Below are positions 14,153-25,300 of a stretch of 64,000 bases of DNA, in pieces; position 1 is the first letter of the stretch; every line of letters begins with the position of its first letter. A model generated the notes under the pieces. That model did not search any database. It was not told the origin of the DNA and was given only the letters and a program-made list of their open reading frames with translations. Made by a program: the position numbers and the translations under genes. This DNA comes from Nemertoderma westbladi (lineage: Eukaryota > Animalia > Xenacoelomorpha), in contig JAUCBJ010008112.1 of NCBI GenBank assembly GCA_032718475.1, positions 1 to 64,000 of the forward strand. The letters run 5' to 3'.

Positions 14153-14230
14153 CTGCTCCCAGAAAATGGGATTTAAGTCTATAAAATATAAAAAATCACA
14201 GTTTCTAAAATACAAAAATACTCTAAACTA

Positions 14231-17200
14231 TTAGTCATTCTTTCGTGAACGGCATTTACGAAGTTTTTTGAGGCTAGTAAGAGTCCTTTTCTCTTTGGGG
14301 CGAGCCACTTTACTAGGAGGGCTATAACTCCTGGGTGAGGGGTGCAATACAATTGCATCGGAAGGTTTCAGATTACAGTCGGTGTATCCGCCAGTCGAGG
14401 TACCCGGTTGATCGATATCAACCTCAGTGGAACGAGGTCGAACAACCTTTAGAGCGCGTTTCAGGACAGCAGCTCTTACTGGTCCCTGACGGGTCGTTTG
14501 CACGATAGCGGTAGGTTGACTGTGAGTAGTGAGAAATTTCCTTGGTTTGATGGTTCTTTCCAACTCGCGTTCTCTGGCTTTATATTCATATGGTCGTCTA
14601 TGAACTTCTTGTAGCTCTGGATGCGAGTTTATGAACAAGTCACCGTATTCCGGATCCTGACGGATGAAGTTGATCAAGTTATAGGAATTCAGGTTATTAG
14701 GATTAATATTCCTAAGATACTTGCGAACAAACTTAGTTGAAATATTCTCGCCAACACGCTTCATCAGCTCGTAGCTAGGAGTGCGAGATTTTTGCTCAAT
14801 GGAAGCAAAGAGATATGGGTGAAATGCATAGATTCCTTCATATGCACGTCCAGGATAGTATCGATGACGTGATTCGCAATGGAGATCCGCGTTAGCTTCC
14901 CAAGCTCTGATGTAACGCAGGGCAACCATTTTGTCTACGCTTTCTAGATCTCGGTTGAAAGGGCAATCGAAACTTGCGTGTCCTTTAAACTGACAATGAT
15001 GACATTGAGTCATAAATTGAGGACAGACTGCGAAGATGTGTAGATTATTGAGTCTACAATACGCACAATAAATCTCCATAGCAGGCTGTTCTTTAAAGTA
15101 GGAGCAGAGTGCGTTGGAGTCCGCCGGGGTAAAGTGATCTCGTGATGCACATAATTGGCAACGTTTCCTAGAAATATAATTGGCATGCCGATAATCGTAT
15201 GCTGTGAGACATTGTGGACCTTGATACCATTCCAGCACATAATCATTGTCACTGCTCCTGGGCGCTGTGGATTGAATCTCCTCGGACTCCAAGCAAATTG
15301 GTTCGTCTTCCAATTGCATAGCTGAGGTAGGTGTAGCTGTTTCCTCAAGGGAACCCACTGTTTGAACTTCCACAATAGAATAACCTGTGGGAATTCGGGG
15401 TCTTTGTATGACAGATGAATGTAGGTTCTGTATACAAACGTCCTTAAAAATGGCGAATCCAGCGCTGTCCAACTTCTCAGCAGCCGAGTCTCTTAAGCTG
15501 AGCTTGGTCAGAGCGCGGTCCTTGAACTGACTATCAACGTTGCGGAACAGAGTCAGAAAGCGCCTAAAGCATTCGAATCGAATGAATTTATTGTGTTCAT
15601 CTAGCTTGGCGAGTTTGGTTCCGAGCAGTAAGGGATGAGCGCGTATAGTACGACTGCACACATCGGCTAGCCAACCGGCAAGTGCGGCGTTCTCGAAGAT
15701 AGTGTATATAGCTAATGAGGGACGGAGTGGAACACTCATAAAGCTATAGACGACGCCAGGTGCGGTTAATGGTCCGTCAAAATATAATCGAGAATAATGA
15801 TCTCCATATATTTGTTGGTAGCTGACAGGGTTTCCGACTTTGAAATTCCATCCGTATTCTTGGAAGGAAAGATGTCCAATAGAGGTTCGTTGTACTTTAT
15901 TGATTCCGCTTGATGTATTAGCATACATAGTTCGGAAGAAACCTCGGCCTTCTGCCCAGGGAGCAATCAGCTGGGTGTCTACGAAAGGATATGGGATATT
16001 CTCCATGTTTCTGAAGTCATTTTGGAGATCTCCATAGATAGCTGAGCCGATTTTAAGGATTCTCTCGTCAAACAGCATCTCGAGCACTGGCTGGGGTAGC
16101 ATATATCCATCTATACCCATGGCCGGTTTGCGCTCGGTATCAGTAACATAACGCTGCGCGAGTTCGAATTGTCCATGTCGGAGTTTCTTTTGTATCTCGG
16201 TGAGAGTCTCAAAAGAATAATCGATCACGTCGCAACACGCTCGAGTAAACACAAGGGTAGAACCAGCTAGTCCTCTTATGTGTATCATTCGCGTAGTTCC
16301 CAGTTCTCCAACCGGAACGCTACCTTCGTTATCGTAAGTAACAACTCCATACATTTCGATAATGTTAAGAGTTTCATTCCACTCTTTAGTGGCGTTTTCT
16401 ATGCTCATACCCACCGGATGCCATAAGGTTGCGCATTCGCTTGCGTTAGGTAAATCGCTATACTTCAGATAATGTGTAGTATGAGTCTCTGCATCTCCGT
16501 ATTGCTGTATTCTCTCTTCCTCGAACAATACATTGAGATTCCAATGGACTAATCGAGTTTTAATAAATCCATCGAGATTATACGGAAGTATTATGTCCTT
16601 TTCTATTCTTGAAACATTATAAGGTTTTCTGAATGAGTTTACCTTAACCAATTGGTCTAAATGTTTCTGTAGTTGTTCGAGTTCAACAAGATCAAGGGGA
16701 TTTATCAATGGTAGAAACTTTAAACTGTATGTAGGATCTTCAGGTTTCACCATATAATATTGAGTTAAATTGACATAATAGGGGTGGTCTTTGATCCCAT
16801 AAAATGAGTTCGGTAAAGGTCTAGCGCGTAGGTTGACCTCGTGTACCATATGACGGACAAGATCCGCCCGATTGTCCGGAGGTTCAACGAGTATACCGTC
16901 GACACGAGCGGCCTCGATTGGCGGACGTTGTAACATAGGAGCGTCAGCGATAAGATCTCTAGATCTTAAGTTGATATCAACCGTTTGGGGTTGTACCATG
17001 GCGAAGAGTTTGTCTCCGAAATGGGGAACCATCGAAGGATGAATGATGGTTTTGGAATAGAGATCAGTCATAAGGATTTTAGCTTCTGGCTGGGCTAAAG
17101 CCGCTTCTTCTCTTTCATCCATTTCGATGTGCTTCTCCTCGAGCTGATTTTCCTCCGCTTCTCATTGGAAGCGTTCGTCCAAAAACTCTTGTAGAGAGTA

Positions 17201-18491
17201 TGTTCGTCCAAGTTCGATATCTTCTTCGAGATTCTGGATTTCCCGATCGAACTGGGGTAAAGCCAATTCCTTTACCGCTTGGACTTGCTGCTGCAATTTA
17301 CGTTTATCTAAACAATCGTAGGTTCCTTTTCAGATCTTTTTTCGAATAGCGTCTAACGCATTTCGTACAACGCTCTCCTCCACTTCGGTGACAGGTTGTA
17401 TCGGAGTTAACCCGGGACGATTATATGGGTTGAATGGCGATATTAGATGTCCGTGTCCCAATCCGGCTAGGTAGGATGGGCGAATATCTAGAGAGCCCAC
17501 AACCGGAGTGCCACCGAATAATTGTTCAGGTAACACTAGATCTTTGAACAATGAATACAACTCAGGAGGATCCGTCATACTATTAGGATCAAGAGCCCGA
17601 GGTCTCACCAGGGAATGAGGAGGTCTGACCGAGTATTCTGGAACTCTGATCATAGGTTTATTTAAGGATCGTTTGAGTCGAGCGAGCGTAGGTGATACGT
17701 CGAACAAGTTTCGCTCGAAACTCCCATAAGTGTAGCTAGTAAAACTGTGTTTAGCGCAACGTCTCCGCGGATGTTTATGTCTTTCCGTTTGTTGGTTGGG
17801 TCTAGGGCATTCATCGCAGTAATACCAAAGACGCATGTCTTGTAGGGGAAACGCTGGTGATCTTTCTCCAGTTTTATAATATTCCTCCATCTGTTCGAAG
17901 CTATCCGGTACAACAGGTAGCGGTTGATCGGCGGTAAGATACATCATAGTGAAATAGAGTCATTTGATTTCTATCATAGGGTTATGATGTATACCTTGAG
18001 GATATCGAGTTTCTAGATTTTGTTGACTGGCTACATTGAGATATGTTTCTCTCAAGAATTCCAAATATTCGTTGAAGTCACTGCGTTTATCCGGCTCTTC
18101 AACATTCAACATCTTCTCTTTCGAGTCGGTTTCGAATATAATTTTCATGTTCGATTCTCAGTTTATCATTCCGACTCCGCTGGGTATGATACTTAAATAG
18201 AATCATTTCCATTTCGGTGTCTACATCGTCCGTATCATGTAAATCGATAGGATGACCAGTAGTTAAGAAGTCCATATACGTACCATTACGATGCGTATAG
18301 CGAGCGGTGAATTTTCTATAGTCCAATTCACGCTGGAGCTGTTCCTTTGACATTGGCGGTTCGATATAGCGGCCATCGTCTTCCGTAGTATGTTGACTAG
18401 CGTCGCCGCTTATTAAGCTATCAACAAACGCTTGCAATGGTGGGGTATATCGCTCCCTGATACCAAGATCATCTTCTATCAACTCAGTCAT
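14231..18491 (-). pseudogene. Element A ORF2: CxxC-CxxH finger + DEDDy 3'-5' exonuclease + three CCHC fingers (~1420 codons, disrupted)
   Basis: ORFs 18099-18491, 17960-18148, 17330-17947 and 14231-17122 join via one frameshift and three in-frame TGA (17960, 17330, 17162). Motifs: YDNEG, LPQPVLEMLFDERILKIGSAIYGD, FVDTQ, YTIFE. Colinear with the C-terminal part of the element B polyprotein. Confidence 0.85.
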
Positions 18492-19604
18492 AGCTGCTAT
18501 ATGAGTTTATCGATATTATAATTGATAATAATTAGGCCAGCGGTCGTTGCTGCCTCCCCCTCAGTGCCCCCGGACAGCGCAAGATCCTCAGCGCTGATGC
18601 ACTGTCGTCGCTGTGCCTCTCGCCAACGTAGTAGCTACACAACGACAACAATAACCAGCGCGAGTCACTCCACTGTCCGTCCCAAGGGCTTAGATATACT
18701 GGAGGTACTTGCTATAGAGGCAGGGTAACTTTCACAACTGCGACTCGCTACTGTAAACACACTTTAGTAGTAACATTCACCTATAAATACACAAATTCCA
18801 CATTCCTGTCACAATTTGTACAAATTCGGGCCATTTGTCCGTTAGTCAAATGCCTTCCAGAATGCCACGTTATTATTATGTATCCCTGGATACTAGCAAG
18901 GTGCTATTTATTCCGCATTCTATTCAATGGGGCAAGCTTTCTATTGTTCTTTTAACTCACTTCTAATTCTAGCGTGGTTGTTGCTATGGTGACATTATGG
19001 AAAGCTAGCGGTAGAATTAGAGTAATTCTCATGCATACAGATCTGGGATGCTATTTAATAGTGATTCTTTAATTGTCATTATTCCCTTTATACATGATTT
19101 TATGAATTTTATCGGCTATTGACTGTACACTGGAGATTCTCTCACACTAATATACTTAATAGGGTGAATCTCTGCTCCCATGATCTATTAATTAATGGAA
19201 TTTTGGGAATGTTATAAATTGTATAAAATGACAATTTATCAAATTCATGAGAGGATATGAATTTAAAATTTATTCCCGTGAATTTTATTATTTGATATTA
19301 AAATAGATACAATTTTATTCCAGAACATAGCTGGGAACTAGGATCCTTAATTCCAGAAATTTGTCTTTTAAGAGTATCGGTAAGTACTACGATACCTTAA
19401 TCGACTAGAATTTTAGAGGATCGAAATTTTTAACAGATTTTGATTTATAAATTTTCTAGAGTCAATTTGTTAGCATTTCCTCTATTTTAACATTTGTTTT
19501 AACAAACGTAATAAATATTTATTACATATTTAATATTTAAGATGGGCACCGATTTATTCCAGAACATGTCTGGGGACGTTAACCACTGATTCTAGAATTT
19601 TGTC

Positions 19605-21535
19605 TATAGAATTATATTCCCTAAATGCCGTGGATTTTCAAAATTTTATTTTATTCGGATTAACTTTTGTAAAGATTGCTTTAAGTTCTCATTCGTATTG
19701 GTTCTATCATTTGTACATCTATCGGTCAAGTGGTTCAGTAGCTCAGTTGGTAGAGCGTTGGAAATTATATGTGTAGTAGGTATCGAGTTCGAATCCTAGT
19801 AAGTGCGAATTATTTTTTGTACAGAATTTCAACTCATTTAAATTAACCGCTACAAATTAATTGCATTCGTCTGTACCAATGAGGCTGTAGTTATTTGATT
19901 GTAACCAATGTCGTGCAAGTTATATATTAGCTGGACCAATAGCTATCTTTAAAACCCCGTTAGAACCCATAGAACAATCGAGAATTTTCTCGATTGATTG
20001 CGGCACAAATTTGCTATATAAAGGTGCGATTTGTTCATTAGTTATCAATCTACACTACTTCAATATTCTCTCAGTTATTTAGTTATCTGATATTTGTTTA
20101 TTCTGTGCTTAGTTTATTCTCAGATTACATTGTATTATAATTGTATCTTCTGTAATAAAGTCAGAATATTCTCTCAGCTTTTCTATCTGTTTTACTATGG
20201 ATTCACTACGGTGAACAAACTCAGGGACAGGATGGCCGGCTAGAGATCGGGCCGCAGCAATGAACGGGAACATCACGGGAATGTAGACGAGAGACAACCC
20301 GCAATACCATCTAGAGTTATTCGCCCATCGCCTGAAAGGTTAGACAGCGTTCGATCCTTGCTACCTAAGTATAAGACCAAAAGATCAAAAGGTAGACGTA
20401 GTGACACGCTGTAAGCCCAAAATTACATCATAGGGACTGTACTGTCTTGATTCAGGAAAACCCACAGTAGACCTTCACATTCCTACGGGGGAGGGAGAGC
20501 GCAGGCAGATACTAGTACGCAGATAGGACGTAGGCACACCGGTACAAGGCATACACATTGGTTAGGGTGCAGCAAACTGTACGCTTAACTCTTGCTAAGT
20601 ACAGGTGCGCGTGCGACTATTTGCAGTACGACAGTGTCCATTGCATTAGAACTTGTAGGCTAGGGGGGTTGCTGTGTTTTCACCTGAATTGGGATTGTAC
20701 CGTTCAGGCGGTAGGGCAGTTTACGTACTAGGCGCAAATAAATTGAGGCTATCAGGGATACTAACATCTACCGTGTCCCCGCCAACGCCCTAATAGGAAG
20801 TTACCCGGACTACCTGGGTGACTAAAATTCTAGATAGGAGCCAGGATAGCTATTAGTACCTGTACGCCTACAGTAGTAAACTAACACATCTCTTCTTAGT
20901 ATCAGGGACCTGGTACCTAAAATTGCCGAATTCTGGGCGTAGTATTAACCTTATGCCTGAATTTGAGTCCTGGAAATACGCAAGAGGGGAAGGAACCTTA
21001 TCATTCGTGAGTATTGGACCTACAAGTTACAAAATTAGAATATTCGTAAATGCACACCGTACCCAGTAATTATATATGTGAAGGAGCAAAACTGTTTTGA
21101 CCGTTCAGAATTAACACACGCGCGTTAGAAATTATTTACACCTCGAAATATATAAAATTAACTTTGTCCGTACTGTGCTTTGCCCGCTAGTTAGACATCT
21201 CCAAATCTCTGCCTGTACCTAGCTAGCGTCCCTTTGCCCAACCATATAAATCACACCGCGGCAAAGTATACGAGCCCCTTAGTCCGTCAGTGAGTCAGCC
21301 TGATTTTAGGATTCGCTGTGCGGGATTTTGTTTTATCGAAGTTTGTCTGCTCGTAGACTGTTTTCTGCCTCACCGGTTATAAGAGATCAATACTGCAATA
21401 TATTCGCTTACTTAGAGTTTACTGTTTTGGTGAGAAGGTCGGATTTATGATTTGATTTACAAACTTTACAGTAAGATATTGCAGGTATTGTTACCGTCTC
21501 TTCCAATAGTAGGAATAGGCGTATCTCTTCAATTA
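19605..21535 (+). repeat. 5' LTR of element B (1931 bp, TA...TA termini)
   Basis: Direct repeat of 33759-35689 (offset 14154). Three substitutions found by eye (19788, 20504, 21319). Confidence 0.96.
19732..19818 (+). promoter_or_regulatory. tRNA-like Pol III promoter cassette within the LTR (second copy at 33886-33972)
   Basis: A box TAGCTCAGTTGG(TAGAGC), B box GAGTTCGAATCC, then a T6 run. No acceptor or anticodon stem of a functional tRNA. Confidence 0.65.
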
Positions 21536-21546
21536 GTAGGAATGTG
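21536..21546 (+). promoter_or_regulatory. Putative self-priming primer-binding site of element B
   Basis: GTAGGAATGTG abuts the LTR end and is the exact reverse complement of CACATTCCTAC at 20476-20486. No TGG-initiated tRNA PBS is present. Confidence 0.65.
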
Positions 21547-22342
21547 TTTTACTGAACTACGGTTCGGTAGGACTAAAGTTATTTGAAAATTTTGTATTTT
21601 GAGGTAAAAATTTGTATTTGATTAGCTAAGTGCTAATTTTAAAATAAAATTTGATTTGAACCGCGTGTAAAATATTTTTGGAATTGAATACCGGTGTTTA
21701 AAAGGGTTTAAATACCATATTGTACCGGTACAAAATTTTCGTAAAGTAAAACCTAACTCTTTTGTTTTTTCAGGATTCAGAACTCATTTCTAGACTGTAA
21801 CGGGAGCAAGACCGTGTTTAGCAAGTTTGGGAGATAGATAACTCAACAACTTTGGTTGGGAAAATCGCGTTTCGTCCGCAACGTTAAAAACGGAAAGGTT
21901 CACGTTCGGTTTGTATCTGGGAATCTGTTTTTCTGGAGAATTATTGGAGTGGGTGAGTTCGAAAAGTTGCATAAATAAGTTAGGCATTACCGTATTAGTT
22001 AAAATTATTGTGGGTTCCACTGTCTCAAGTATTTATGCATTCCGTATGATTTCTTTGTTCATTGCTGAATTAGTCCGTATTATTGTATTTAATTTACCTT
22101 TTGATAACGCATATCGTTATCCGATTTATTTGTTATAAAATTGGCTGCTAGGCTAATTTTATTATATACTTATTCCGTGACATTTATTTGCTGTAAAATT
22201 GGCCGTTTAGGCTAATTTTATCCATCTGCTATAAAATCGGCCGGTAGGCTAATTTTATAAGACTGTAATTAGTACCGTTTTGTATAAATACGGTAAAACT
22301 CGATACTTTGACACTCACTTTACTTGACTTACAACTACCGAA

Positions 22343-25300
22343 ATGAGTGACAAACAAGACTATACGAAAAATACACAAACCGACTATGACTCATGTGACG
22401 CGGATAAGTCAGCAGCGGAAGGACAACAGGGGAAGACTCGCGAGCCTACCGAACCTACACCGTGTGCGTCACCAGTACATCCAACGGGAGTACCGGATGC
22501 CGTAGTACGAGGCGACGGCAGGACCGAGGACTTTCTAACTGTTCCGCAACCTAGATACAGGGAAACGGACATGGTAAGTTCAGCAGGAAGCACAGAAAGT
22601 GTGGTTAGAAGCGTCGGAGGTTACATGGCGCATATAACCAGGAGTATTGGAGAAGGCCAACGCATATTAGACGGGTTGACCGCTCCGATGTCTCGATTCG
22701 AGTTCTACACCCTCCAGGTTAGAGTACAGAGTAAAGTATATAAGTCCGTAGATAATCTAGTTGGCCTACAAGATCTAGCTAGACAGAGACAGGACATGGA
22801 TACTCAACTTAGAATCCTCGAGAAACTAATGATCACTAGAGAGAAACTGATTCAGTTTAAGTCGACGATTAGACAGATACAACAGGAACAAGCGGACCAG
22901 TTGTTAGGTGAGTCAGTTTCGGACGAATTATTACAACCCGAGGAAGAACAGGAACTGTACCGACTGGATGGACAATTAAAACACCTGACGGACCACTTAC
23001 GTATGTGCGGCGAAGACGTCGGAGATTGGGAAACCGTGCCGGAATATACGAAGGAAACTTCACCCGTACGAATTGAATCGGCACCGGGAATACTGGACCA
23101 ATCGTTGGTAAGTATTCGTAGCGAAATCTGCGAGGGAAGTATAGTCACGTCAGAAGTTGCTCGACAACAGCAAGAATTCCACCGACAACGACAAGAAATG
23201 GAAGAACAAGCTCAACTTCTAGTGATGCAAGCAGCAGTAGAGGAAGAGAAGCTACGCGTTGCGAATATAGCAAGAATCTCTCATCTACAGGAACAAGCTG
23301 AATTAGAAGCAGCTGAAGTAGAAAGGTTAGAAGTAGACATTGCCCGACAAGCGGCAGCGGCAGCGGCCGAGGTAGAGCGACGAGCGGCAGCGGCCGAGTT
23401 AGAGCGACGAAACGCAGCGGCCGAGTTGGAGCGACAAACGGCAGCGGCAGAATTACAACGAGAAAGGTTAGTTTCGGAAGCGCGGGCCGAAATGAAAACA
23501 CGGCAAATAAAAGCTCAATCCGCTATACGACAAGCGGAGTTTGAGGCGCAACGACAACAAACGGAACAACGAGAGAAGACAGTGAAACTTCATTTCGAAC
23601 TCGAGAAGAAGGCGAGAGAATTAGCGAACGCCGAGGAAGATTTGGATCAAAAGGCCCGCGATAGATCGATGAGATCTCGTGACGGACATGATTTGGACCA
23701 GTTAGAGGTAAGACATCGCCAAATTCAGGAACGGAAGAAGGAAGGAAGCGTAGGAGCACCCGGACGGGAACGACAATTAGTAAAAGACGTGTGTCAACGA
23801 TTCCCACAGGTAACTCATATGTTTGCACCGGTTACGAGTAAGGAACCTGTTTCGATTGCGGGTAGTAGTGATATTTCTCCTATCCATGGTGCGACGGAAC
23901 ACAGGTTTGTTATTCCGGACGAGTTTACACCGCCAAGAGCAACGTCGTCGCCCATTCCGAAAGTCAAGGTAAGTAACCCACCGATTACGGATCGTAGTAG
24001 TTTATTGACCGGACCTGCGCTACTGACGACAAAACAGGTGAGTCCACCGTCGACACCTAAACCCGTTACACACTACGCTTACCCAATGACGTTTCGACCA
24101 ACAAGGCCTTTGGATTCAAATGCTGTCATTCGCCCACCGAACCAGTTTACATCGCAATCTACGACTTCGAGGAAGACTTGTGAGCCTACCGAACAACGGA
24201 GAACAGAGACGCGACCATTCAACCATTTTACATCGCAATCTACGACTTCGAGGAAGACTTGTGAGCCTACCGAACAACGGAGAACAGAGACGCGACCATT
24301 CAACCAGTTTACATCGCAATCTACGACTTCGAGGAAGACTTGTGAGCCTACCGAACAACGGAGATCAGTGGACGATGTTCCGAAACGAAACGTGAGAATT
24401 CGTACGACGCAACGAACGCGAGCACGTCGACCACCATATCCGGATGATAGTAGTACTTCGAGCGAATCGGATTACCCGAAACGCGAGGTATTTAGAACAG
24501 GGGCGGCCGATGAATATAAACGCGAGCGTTCAGACAACTCCTTTGCAGACAATCCTCCACAGAATACACCAACACAGAAGGCGTTACAACCAACGGACGC
24601 AATTAGTACACAACAGTTCGCCGACATCCTGCGACCAGTTGTTAACAAGTTGGCTCAGATCGAGGAACGTCTGGAGGAAGGTTACACCGACAGTTCGAGA
24701 AATTCCGAATTCGAACACAATAGACACCCGAAGGAACCACAAAGACCGGTACCTTCAAACCCCACATCGTATCAGGGAAAAGCGCCAAGAAGGGATATCA
24801 ACCAAGTTACCAACCAAGGACGCGAAACTCTGAACGTTGCCGAGGAGATAGCGAAATTCGCAGCCAGACAGGGATTGCCGGTACAACAACCACCGAAGTT
24901 CTCCGGTAGCTCAAAACACTGGCATACCTTCGTAGACTATATCGAATCCCAGATCGCCGTGTGCGCCTTTACATCACGGGAGAAGTTCAATTACTTGCTC
25001 CAAACGTTGTCAGGAGAACCTAAACGTTTGGCGGAGACTTTCGTCGGTGTACCGGACGCTTTCGAACTAGCGTACGATCGTTTAACTTCGATATACGGAG
25101 GTACAGTGAGCATGGCCAGGTCAGTAATAGAGGAACTCTGTAAGGGAGGGGCTATCACTAAACCCGTCGACTTACTAAAACTAGCTGACGAGATCAAGAA
25201 CGCTATCACTACCTTAAGATCAATTGGACAACTTGATTACGGGAATACCCCTACAGTCCTATTAAAGATAATAGGACGACTCCACCATCGACTTCGTCGG

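Noticed and set aside
14231-17122. env gene or host gene
   Set aside because: No signal peptide or transmembrane anchor, no introns, lies inside the LTR boundary, and is homologous to B's polyprotein tail.
19732-19805. Functional tRNA gene
   Set aside because: D-arm and T-loop motifs are present, but acceptor and anticodon stems do not pair.
20109-20297. Small ORF in B's LTR (also 34263-34451) and other short antisense ORFs over the polyproteins
   Set aside because: No recognisable motifs; expected shadow ORFs.
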